The position numbers and the translations under genes are program-made. From positions 1-41,255 of the forward strand of contig CAIVXW010000040.1 in the NCBI GenBank assembly GCA_903910005.1: a stretch of DNA of 41,255 bases, in the 5' to 3' direction. Shown here in pieces: positions 25,156 to 32,477 of this stretch (the first letter of the stretch is position 1; every line of letters begins with the position of its first letter). The DNA comes from an uncultured Methylococcaceae bacterium (GTDB taxonomy: Bacteria; Pseudomonadota; Gammaproteobacteria; Methylococcales; Methylococcaceae). The notes under the pieces are model-generated. The model ran no database searches and was not told the DNA's origin. It saw only the letters and a list, made by a program, of their open reading frames with translations.

Positions 25156-25883
25156 GTGACGTCTGGGTTCCTTCGGATCGGCAGTATATGATTGACGATT
25201 TATGCCGCACCATCACCCGGGTCGCAGCCAACGAGGGCTGGTTTCAGCAATCCTGGCAGGGCGTGGATGTCTGGCAGTTGCCGGAAGATCTGGTACGGTT
25301 ACAGGGGGTGGTGCATACGATACGACCCCGCTGGATCATTGAAACCGGCACCAAATTCGGTGGCTCGGCGATTTTTTTTGCCTCACTGCTGGCGTTGAAT
25401 GGCGAGACGGCAGGCGGCGTTATCACGGTAGACCTTGACCTGAAACCGCAGGCTCTGGATTGTTTCAGGCATCATCCCCTGGGTACGCGGATTAAGGCCG
25501 CCCTGGCCGGTGATGCGGCAGCCCCGGATACCCTGGCACGTTGTGCCAGCCTGCTGGCCAGCGATCCCGGTTGCGTCATGGTGTTTCTGGATGACGACCA
25601 TAATGCCGATCATGTCGAGCGGGAATTACAGGCCTACGCCCCCCTGGTCACCCCTGGCAGTTATTTGATTGTGGCGGATACCAGTTTTGCCGAGCTGGCG
25701 GGTACGCCGGTCGGCCGGTCAACCCCCAAGTATCCGGATGTGGCACGCTCCAACCCAAAAGTCGCGCTGGAACGGTTTCTGGTTTCCCACGGCCACCAGT
25801 TCGAGCGGGTGGTGCCGCCCTGTCCCCACGGCCCCGGCAACTTTAAGGATGGTTTTTTGAGAAGGCGAACCGATGTATCCTGA
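25152..25883 (+). CDS. CmcI-family (cephalosporin-hydroxylase / rhamnosyl O-methyltransferase-like) methyltransferase
   Basis: FQQSWQGVDVWQLPEDLVRLQGVVHTIRPRWIIETGTKFGGSAIFFA and VFLDDDHNADHV fit the CmcI family (PF04989). The ATG overlaps the upstream stop (ATGA). Confidence 0.72.
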   Translation: MSDVWVPSDRQYMIDDLCRTITRVAANEGWFQQSWQGVDVWQLPEDLVRLQGVVHTIRPRWIIETGTKFGGSAIFFASLLALNGETAGGVITVDLDLKPQALDCFRHHPLGTRIKAALAGDAAAPDTLARCASLLASDPGCVMVFLDDDHNADHVERELQAYAPLVTPGSYLIVADTSFAELAGTPVGRSTPKYPDVARSNPKVALERFLVSHGHQFERVVPPCPHGPGNFKDGFLRRRTDVS

Positions 25884-26631
25884 AATGACGCATAAAACAC
25901 TGCGGATGCCGGACGGTTGCCGTCTGGGTTATGGCATCCGTGCAAACGGAGCGGATACGACCCTGATGCTGATCCACGGGGCTTTGTGTGATGCTACCTC
26001 GCTGCAGCATATCGCGCTGGCCGATGATGGTCAGCTTGACGTGCTGTTGCCGGATTTGCGCGGTCACGGCCAATCGACGGACGGAACGACCGAATGGACG
26101 CTGGAATTACTGGCCCGGGACATGCTCGCCCTCGTTGAAGCTGAGCAGGTTGGACGCTTGATTGTTGCGGGTGAGTCTTTTGGTGCCCTGGTAGCGGCCC
26201 GGATGGCGACCCTGAGACCTGACAGGATCAGCCTGCTGATTTGCTCTGAACCCCCCTTGTCGCCTGCCCGCCTTGCCCCCGTACGTCAGGCCATACTCTC
26301 TGCCATGCCATTCAATGCGTCGGCCCGGGGGCTGGCAGCCATTATGGGATATGCGCCGAGTAGCGATGCACACCAAAACGAGACCACGTTCCATGCCGTA
26401 CTGACCGGAACCACCGTGCCGTTAATTTTGCTGCACGGAACCGGTGGCAGCGGCAGCTTCGCCACTGTCGTGGATCAGGCCGACAGGATTCGGCTCTCCG
26501 GAGTGCCGTCCATCACGCTGCTGAAGGTCGAAGCAGCCGATCATCTGGTGTTGCGTGCCGTGGGTAGCAGCCTGGTGAGGGCACTGCTGGCAGAGCAGCG
26601 GGCTTCGTCGCCCATTCCGGGAGTGCGCTAA
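25873..26631 (+). CDS. Alpha/beta-fold hydrolase (possible esterase/deacylase)
   Basis: LMLIHGALCD (oxyanion-region HG), the nucleophile elbow GESFGA, and a late ADH that may be the catalytic His region. It overlaps the upstream gene by 11 nt. Confidence 0.68.
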   Translation: MYPEMTHKTLRMPDGCRLGYGIRANGADTTLMLIHGALCDATSLQHIALADDGQLDVLLPDLRGHGQSTDGTTEWTLELLARDMLALVEAEQVGRLIVAGESFGALVAARMATLRPDRISLLICSEPPLSPARLAPVRQAILSAMPFNASARGLAAIMGYAPSSDAHQNETTFHAVLTGTTVPLILLHGTGGSGSFATVVDQADRIRLSGVPSITLLKVEAADHLVLRAVGSSLVRALLAEQRASSPIPGVR

Positions 26632-26655
26632 AGTTTGGCCGGACAATTCCGATAC
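26629..26655 (+). promoter_or_regulatory. Sigma-28 (FliA) class III promoter for the flagellin gene
   Basis: TAAAGTTT (26629-26636), then 11 nt, then TCCGATAC (26648-26655). The consensus is TAAAGTTT-N11-GCCGATAA, so the -35 matches 8/8 and the -10 matches 6/8 with the CCGATA core intact. The leader to ATG 26753 is about 90 nt, and AGGAG lies upstream of the ATG. Confidence 0.75.
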
Positions 26656-26752
26656 CTTGATCCGCATAGATTAAGCGGGTGAGCCGGAACAGGGTTCCCC
26701 CGATAATCCTGAATTCTTATACTCCCATCCCCAATTCAACAGGAGCACTACC

Positions 26753-28978
26753 ATGCCTTCCATAGTCAATACCAACATGCTGGCACTGACCACCCAGCGT
26801 CAGATGAACAAGGCCCAGGCCACTCAGCAAAATGCCATGACCCGTCTTTCCTCAGGGCTCCGTATCAACGGTGCCAAGGACGATGCAGCCGGCATGTCGA
26901 TCGCCAACCGCATGTCGTCACAGATTACCGGTCTCAATCAGGCTACCCGCAATGCCAACGATGGCATTTCGCTGACCCAAACGGCCGAAGGCGGACTGAG
27001 CGAGATCAATACCAACCTGCAGCGTATGCGCGAACTGGCCGTGCAGTCCGCCAACGCTTCCAATACCGCCTCTGACCGGGTCGCCCTGCAACAGGAAACC
27101 AAGCAGCTGCTGCAGGAAATTCAGCGGGTCGCGTCCACCACCGATTTCAACGGCATCAAGTTGCTGGACGGCAGTTTCCAGAACAAGGCGTTCCAGATTG
27201 GAGCCAATGCCGGTCAAACCACCAATATCAGTGTTGCCAGTGCGGCCATCAAGGATCTGGGTTCTTCCGCCAATTCGGCCATAACCAGTCGGGGTATGTC
27301 CACCAATAAATCGAATGCTGCCCTGAATGGGGCTGCCGGTACCAATGCGCCCGCCATGGCTTTGGGTGACGTCATAGTGAATGGTGTGAGCGTAGGGGCT
27401 TCCACGGCCGACAATGACACTACCTCTTTCTCACTGGGTGCGGCCAGTGCCATTGCCAAGGCAGCCGCTTTCAACAAGGTTTCCGCGCAAACCGGTGTCA
27501 CCGCCACGGTCAATGCCAATGAAGTGCAGGGGAAGGAGATGACTGCGGGTGGTTCCGGTAGTGGCAAAATTGTGATAAACGGGGTGGCGACTGATGACAT
27601 TACCCTCCAGGATGTTACCAGCGATTCGACCGGCATTGCCAACCGCACCAACATCATGAATGCCATCAATTCGATGACAGGACGAACCGGGGTAACGGCG
27701 GTCGACAGTGGCGATAACAAAACCGGTATTAAACTGGTAGCCGCCGACGGTCGCAACATTTCACTGGGAGTCACCGATGCAAGTCTCACTACGGCCAATA
27801 CTGGCTTGAATCTCAGCGGAACCGGAGTACTTGCCAGCACTAACGCGACTGATCTCGCAAATGCCAGTGATGCCGCTTACGGGGTCTTTACCGCATCAGT
27901 AACCCTGTCTTCCACCAAGGAAATGAAAATTGAGCAGGGAACCGGTGATGTCGGCAATGCCGGGCTGACCACAGGCACCTACCAGGCCCAGAAGGCCATG
28001 GTTATGACCAAGCAGATTGGTAATGGAGACGGCACGCTGAATGCGACCGAGGGCTTTACCTACGGTGATTTCAAGATCAACGGCATTTTGATTGGAACCT
28101 CGCTTGCTGCGGATGACAAATACACCCTGCCAGGTACCGCCAACCCTGAGGTCAGTGCCATTGCCAAGGCGGCAGCGGTCAACAAGTTGTCCAGCCTGAC
28201 CGGCGTCTCGGCAACGGCCAATACCACCCTGGTCAAGGGGGCGACCATGGACAACAACTCGCAAAGTGGCCAGATCGTCATCAACGGCATGGAAACATCC
28301 GTGATTACCACCACTTCCAACACCACTGCTGCCAACCAGGCCGAAACCCGGCAGCGGGTGGTCGCTGCCATCAATGCCATCAGCGGTAAAACCGGGGTCA
28401 AGGCCATTGACACCAATGATGCTGCTTCGGGGATTCGGCTTGAGGCTGCCGATGGTCGCAACATCACGGTTGATCTTGGTGCAGGAACCACGAATCCTGG
28501 TGCTGGTACCGGAGCCAGTTTTGGTCTTCGCGAAGGCACTTACTCCGGTTCCATTTCGTTGTCCTCGACCAAGGCTTTCAGTATAGAACGCGGAACCACC
28601 AACAGGGATACCAATGCAACCCTCGGTCTGGCAGTTGGTACCTACGGGGCCGGTCGAACCGGTCAATCGCTGGAGTCGATCGATATTTCCAGCCAGGAAG
28701 GAGCCGTGGCCGCCATTGAGGCCATAGACAACGCGATCAACGCAGTGGATGAAAGCCGGGTGAATATGGGATCCTACCAAAACCGCTTTACCTCGACGGT
28801 TTCGGCCCTGCAGTCCACGTCAGCCAATCTGACCGCAGCCCGCAGCCGGATTCAGGATGCCGACTTTGCGGCAGAATCGGCTGAAATGAGCAAGGCCGGT
28901 ATTCTGCAGCAGGCAGGTACCGCCATGCTGGCACAGGCCAATGCGTCCAGTCAGGGGGTATTGTCACTGCTCAGATAA
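26753..28978 (+). CDS. fliC: Flagellin (741 aa, enlarged variable region with four Flagellin_IN motifs)
   Basis: Conserved N-terminal D0/D1: VNTNMLALTTQRQMNK...LSSGLRINGAKDDAAGMSIANRM...ATRNANDGISLTQTAEGGL. Conserved C-terminus: GSYQNRFTSTVSALQSTSANLTAARSRIQDADFAAESAEMSKAGILQQAGTAMLAQANASSQGVLSLLR. Confidence 0.96.
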   Translation: MPSIVNTNMLALTTQRQMNKAQATQQNAMTRLSSGLRINGAKDDAAGMSIANRMSSQITGLNQATRNANDGISLTQTAEGGLSEINTNLQRMRELAVQSANASNTASDRVALQQETKQLLQEIQRVASTTDFNGIKLLDGSFQNKAFQIGANAGQTTNISVASAAIKDLGSSANSAITSRGMSTNKSNAALNGAAGTNAPAMALGDVIVNGVSVGASTADNDTTSFSLGAASAIAKAAAFNKVSAQTGVTATVNANEVQGKEMTAGGSGSGKIVINGVATDDITLQDVTSDSTGIANRTNIMNAINSMTGRTGVTAVDSGDNKTGIKLVAADGRNISLGVTDASLTTANTGLNLSGTGVLASTNATDLANASDAAYGVFTASVTLSSTKEMKIEQGTGDVGNAGLTTGTYQAQKAMVMTKQIGNGDGTLNATEGFTYGDFKINGILIGTSLAADDKYTLPGTANPEVSAIAKAAAVNKLSSLTGVSATANTTLVKGATMDNNSQSGQIVINGMETSVITTTSNTTAANQAETRQRVVAAINAISGKTGVKAIDTNDAASGIRLEAADGRNITVDLGAGTTNPGAGTGASFGLREGTYSGSISLSSTKAFSIERGTTNRDTNATLGLAVGTYGAGRTGQSLESIDISSQEGAVAAIEAIDNAINAVDESRVNMGSYQNRFTSTVSALQSTSANLTAARSRIQDADFAAESAEMSKAGILQQAGTAMLAQANASSQGVLSLLR
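27362..27988 (+). repeat. Flagellin surface module A (aa 204-412): two xINGxxx 'Flagellin hook IN' motifs
   Basis: LGDVIVNGVSVG...SAIAKAAAFNKVSAQTGVTAT...KIVINGVATD...NIMNAINSMTGRTGVTAVD...GIKLVAADGRNISLG...VTLSSTKEMKIEQGT...GLTTGTYQA. Confidence 0.8.
28061..28651 (+). repeat. Flagellin surface module B (aa 437-633): a diverged tandem copy of module A
   Basis: YGDFKINGILIG...SAIAKAAAVNKLSSLTGVSAT...QIVINGMETS...RVVAAINAISGKTGVKAID...GIRLEAADGRNITVD...ISLSSTKAFSIERGT...GLAVGTYGA. Confidence 0.8.
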
Positions 28979-28995
28979 GTAGCTTCCCGTGGCCT

Positions 28996-29096
28996 GAAAC
29001 AAGGAACGACACAAACAGAAAAAACGAAAGAAGAAAAGGATGAAAAAAATGGAAAAGATGAAAAGGATGAAAAGGATCAGAAGAATGGAGTGAAGC
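28996..29096 (+). repeat. Purine/A-rich low-GC tract with six tandem degenerate 9-bp units (29039-29092) and six A(A/T)GGA motifs
   Basis: The 9-bp units are gatgaaaaa aatggaaaa gatgaaaag gatgaaaag gatcagaag aatggagtg. GGA motifs are at 29003, 29038, 29051, 29065, 29074 and 29087. The tract contains very few pyrimidines, in sharp contrast to the flanking GC-rich DNA. Confidence 0.85.
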
Positions 29097-29404
29097 CACC
29101 TGGACTGGCGGTCGGTTCTTATGGTTCTGGTCACATCCGCGAATCGCCTGAATCGGTTTCGGTTGATGTTTACGCCCGGCAGGCGGGCGTTGGGGTGGTC
29201 AGGGCCATGGATGACCTAATCAATTCGGTGGATAAGAATCTGGAAAACAGGGGTTCAAACCGTCTTGCTTCGGCTGTCAATCTGAGTGCTTTTGCGGCAG
29301 AATCGGCTGAAATGGGCAAGGCCGATATTCTGCAGCGGGCAGATGCCGCCATGCTGGCGCAGGCCAATGCGTCCACCCGGAGGGTATTGTCACTGCTCAG
29401 ATAA
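29090..29404 (+). pseudogene. Decayed 3' remnant of a second flagellin gene
   Basis: GLAVGSYGSG...AMDDLINSVDKNLENRGSNR...FAAESAEMGKADILQRADAAMLAQANASTRRVLSLLR aligns to the fliC C-terminus. The segment around YQNRFTSTVSALQSTSANLTAARSRIQDAD is missing or decayed. The last 114 nt (29291-29404) match 28865-28978 at 104/114 positions, and similarity continues about 20 nt past the stop. There is no N-terminal domain. Confidence 0.7.
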
Positions 29405-29581
29405 ATAGATCCCTTGTACTGAGACAGGTCTGGCCCTGGACAGGGATGATCCAGGGCGCACGGGTGTCTTGTCGTCCAGTTCAGCCTGGGTCGGGATGTC
29501 TGGTTTTTTTATGTTTGCATGGTTTCAGGGTCTGATACCGTGCATGTACCTTAGGCATACGGATAATTTTTGGAGTCGGCC

Positions 29582-29983
29582 ATGAAAATAAGTGATTTGG
29601 TGTCACCTGCCTTTGTGCAAAAAAGCGGGATTGCACGTGAATTGTCCGAATCCGCCCGTTCGTTGTCCCCAACGACCGTTGCCGATACGGTTGTGGTGGC
29701 TTCGTGGCAAATCCTGCCTGTCAAGGAACCGGATGGTATCCAGGCGACATCAGAAAAAAGGGAACAGCAACTGGATGAGGCCATTGCAAAGGCAAACCGG
29801 TTTTTGCAGGATGATAACCGTGCCCTGCAGTTCGTCAAGGACAAGGATTCAGATCGAATCGTCATTGTAATCAAGGACACGAAGACAAATGAGGTAATTC
29901 AACAGATTCCCTCGGAAGCCATGCTGAGATTATCCAGACAACTTGAGCAGTTGCAGGGTATTCTGTTTGAAGAAAAAGTGTAA
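29582..29983 (+). CDS. flaG: Flagellar protein FlaG
   Basis: The C-terminal region LQFVKDKDSDRIVIVIKDTKTNEVIQQIPSEAMLRL is typical of the FlaG family (PF03646), and the position between fliC and fliD fits. I prefer ATG 29582, which has GGAG 6 nt upstream, over the TTG at 29570. Confidence 0.85.
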   Translation: MKISDLVSPAFVQKSGIARELSESARSLSPTTVADTVVVASWQILPVKEPDGIQATSEKREQQLDEAIAKANRFLQDDNRALQFVKDKDSDRIVIVIKDTKTNEVIQQIPSEAMLRLSRQLEQLQGILFEEKV

Positions 29984-30021
29984 GCGAGATAACGGAATAA
30001 TGTATTTTTGAAGGTATCGTC

Positions 30022-32055
30022 ATGGTTTCAATTACCTCAAGCGGGCTGGGTTCCGGCATGGATATCAACGGCCTGGTCACCAAACTGGTGGAAGCTGAAA
30101 AAGCCCCGGCCGTCACCCGGCTTGATAAAGCCGAGGCGAAAATACAGGCCAGGATTTCCGCCTACGGTTCATTCAAAAGTGCCCTGTCTGCGGTCAGGGA
30201 CAGTTTGGCGGTGTTGGGTAAGGCTCAGACCTTTCAGAAAGTCAGCGCAACTTCCAGTGACAACACGGTACTGACGGCTACTGCAGGTATCAATGCCGAT
30301 GCCGGCAAGTACCGAATGGAGGTGCAACGACTGGCCCAAAACCATGCCTTGTCCAGTAAAAGCCATGATTCTGCCAGCGCGGTGGTGGGTTCAGGAACCC
30401 TGACCATCAAATTCGGCACAACCCAGTACGACGCGGGTACTGATACTTATGCGGGGTTCACCCAGAATCCTGACAAGGGTACCCTGACCCTCACCATTGA
30501 CGATTCAAACAACACCCTGACCGGGATTCGTGATGCCATCAACAAATCGGCAGCGGGTGTCACGGCGTCCATCGTTTATAATGGCAGCGGCCATCAACTG
30601 GTGTTGAACAGCACTGATAGCGGTGCCAAAAACAGCCTGCAAATAGCGGTAACAGACACTTCTGATGGCAACAATACCGATAACCTGGGCTTGTCGGCAC
30701 TGGCGTTCAACCAGACGGCGACCCACCTGACCCAGAATCAGGTAGCTCAGGATGCCCAGTTGTCGATTAACGGACTGGCTGTGAACAGCAGCACCAATAC
30801 CATCACGGACGCCCTGAAGGGCGTTACGCTTAACTTGCAGCAGGCCCAGGTGGGTAAATTCGTTTCACTGGATGTCAGTTATGCGGATACCGACGTCAAA
30901 ACTGCCGTCAGTACTTTTGTGGACAAATTCAATGAACTGGCCCGGAACGTCAGCACCGCAGCCACCTATGATCCCCAAACCCGAACCGCCGGCATTTTGC
31001 TGGGAGAGTCTACCGTCATCAATACCATGTCGCGCCTCAGGGCTGAACTGGGTAAAACTGTGACGGGGTTGACCGGGACGACCCGCAGTCTGGCCGACAT
31101 CGGAATCACCACTCAGAAAGACGGTACCCTGAGTTTCGACAGTGCCAAACTGAGTAAGGCGTATGCCACAGATCGTACCGCTGTTGCCGCCTTGTTTGCC
31201 GTAACCGGGCGACCGAGCGACAGTTCAAACCTGTATGTCAGCAGCACACGGGACACGCTGGCAGGCCAGTATGGCGTAGAGGTCACCCAGTCAGCCAGCC
31301 AGGGATTGTTGAGTGGTTCAAGCGTAGTCGGCGGTGTTTTTCCCCTGGCGGTGAGTGAACCCAACAACAGCCTGAAAATCAAGGTGAACGGTGTGCAGTC
31401 CGGCAGCATCACCTTGACGCCGACAAGTTATGCGTCGGGGAGCGAACTGGCTGCTGAATTACAGACCCGCATCAATGGCGACAGCACACTCAGATTGAGT
31501 GGAACTGCCGTCAAGGTAAGTTTCAGTAACGACCAGTTCCAGATTCAGTCCAATTCATATGGCGCATCGTCCCAGGTCGAAATCACCGGGATCAATGCCC
31601 AGTTGTCTGCTTCCCTGGGGTTGGCAACCGGTGTCGGTGTTGCCGGTCATAATGTGACAGGGACGATTAACGGCGAAGTGGCCGAGGGGGACGGTCAGGT
31701 TCTGACCGCCATTAGCGGTTCTGCCAAGGGGTTGAGCCTGCTGATGGAGGGGTCGCGAACCGGTACACGCGGAACCGTCGACTTTACCCGTGGCATCATG
31801 GAACAAATAAACAGCGTCTTGTCCGCTGCACTGGACAACAACGGTATGCTGGCGGTTCGTACCAAGGGTTTAAGCACATCCATCACCGACATTACCCGCC
31901 AGCGTACCGATTTATCAACCCGCATGGAAACCTACCAGCGGCAGTTGTACATCCGATTCAACGCAATGGATTCCATGATGGGCAAGTTACAGGCGACCAG
32001 TACCTACCTGACCCAGCAAATCACTGCCCTTAATGCCGCCAACAAGCAAAATTAG
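30022..32055 (+). CDS. fliD: Flagellar filament capping protein FliD
   Basis: N-terminus ITSSGLGSGMDINGLVTKLVEAEKAP...RISAYGSFKSAL and C-terminus RFNAMDSMMGKLQATSTYLTQQI. Confidence 0.93.
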   Translation: MVSITSSGLGSGMDINGLVTKLVEAEKAPAVTRLDKAEAKIQARISAYGSFKSALSAVRDSLAVLGKAQTFQKVSATSSDNTVLTATAGINADAGKYRMEVQRLAQNHALSSKSHDSASAVVGSGTLTIKFGTTQYDAGTDTYAGFTQNPDKGTLTLTIDDSNNTLTGIRDAINKSAAGVTASIVYNGSGHQLVLNSTDSGAKNSLQIAVTDTSDGNNTDNLGLSALAFNQTATHLTQNQVAQDAQLSINGLAVNSSTNTITDALKGVTLNLQQAQVGKFVSLDVSYADTDVKTAVSTFVDKFNELARNVSTAATYDPQTRTAGILLGESTVINTMSRLRAELGKTVTGLTGTTRSLADIGITTQKDGTLSFDSAKLSKAYATDRTAVAALFAVTGRPSDSSNLYVSSTRDTLAGQYGVEVTQSASQGLLSGSSVVGGVFPLAVSEPNNSLKIKVNGVQSGSITLTPTSYASGSELAAELQTRINGDSTLRLSGTAVKVSFSNDQFQIQSNSYGASSQVEITGINAQLSASLGLATGVGVAGHNVTGTINGEVAEGDGQVLTAISGSAKGLSLLMEGSRTGTRGTVDFTRGIMEQINSVLSAALDNNGMLAVRTKGLSTSITDITRQRTDLSTRMETYQRQLYIRFNAMDSMMGKLQATSTYLTQQITALNAANKQN

Positions 32056-32075
32056 TCTTACGAGAGTCCTGAACC

Positions 32076-32477
32076 ATGAGATCCGCCAGCCATGCCCTGA
32101 ACGAATACAGACAAACCTACGTCGAAGCCGGCGGTGTGTATGCCGATCCGCATAGCCTCATTTCCATGTTGTTTGGCGGGTTGCAGGAGCGCATTGCCAT
32201 AGCCAGGGGGGCTTTGCAGCGGAAAGATCACGCCGTCAAGGGCAAGGCCGTCAGCCAGTCCATCGAGATACTGGCGTACCTGCAATCCTGTCTGAATGTA
32301 GAGCAGGGCGGAGAGATTGCCAAAAATCTGGACGGCCTTTATGCCTACATGAGCCAGCAACTGTTCATGGCGGGTGCCAACAATGATGACGCCCTGTTTG
32401 AGGAAGTGAAGTATTTGCTGGCCGAGATTCAAAGCGGTTGGGACGGCATACGCAGCCAGGTCGTCGGCAAAAGTTGA
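32076..32477 (+). CDS. fliS: Flagellin-specific export chaperone FliS
   Basis: YRQTYVEAGGVYADPHSLISMLFGGL, GGEIAKNLDGLYAYMSQQL and EIQSGWDGI. Confidence 0.92.
   Translation: MRSASHALNEYRQTYVEAGGVYADPHSLISMLFGGLQERIAIARGALQRKDHAVKGKAVSQSIEILAYLQSCLNVEQGGEIAKNLDGLYAYMSQQLFMAGANNDDALFEEVKYLLAEIQSGWDGIRSQVVGKS

Noticed and set aside
26699-26706. Second CCGATAA-like sigma-28 -10 motif in the fliC leader
   Set aside because: The sequence 11 nt upstream (TGAGCCGG) does not resemble the TAAAGTTT -35 box, and the nearest TTAAG is at the wrong spacing.
27362-28651. Enzymatic (flagellinolysin-type metalloprotease) insert in the flagellin variable region
   Set aside because: The insert has no HExxH motif and essentially no His or Cys. 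It is explained by duplicated Flagellin_IN modules.
27214-28780. Two long minus-strand ORFs (208 and 294 aa) inside the flagellin gene
   Set aside because: They are antisense to a gene with unmistakable flagellin termini. The repetitive Ala/Thr/Gly codons keep the opposite strand open.
29433-29520. Hairpin GCCCTGGA-N9-TCCAGGGC, a T7 run at 29504-29510, and a TTGCAT that could hint at a terminator or a sigma-54 promoter before flaG
   Set aside because: The hairpin and the T-run are 47 nt apart, and no stable stem directly precedes the T-run. The GG/GC spacing needed for a -24/-12 promoter is wrong (15 instead of 10-11 nt).
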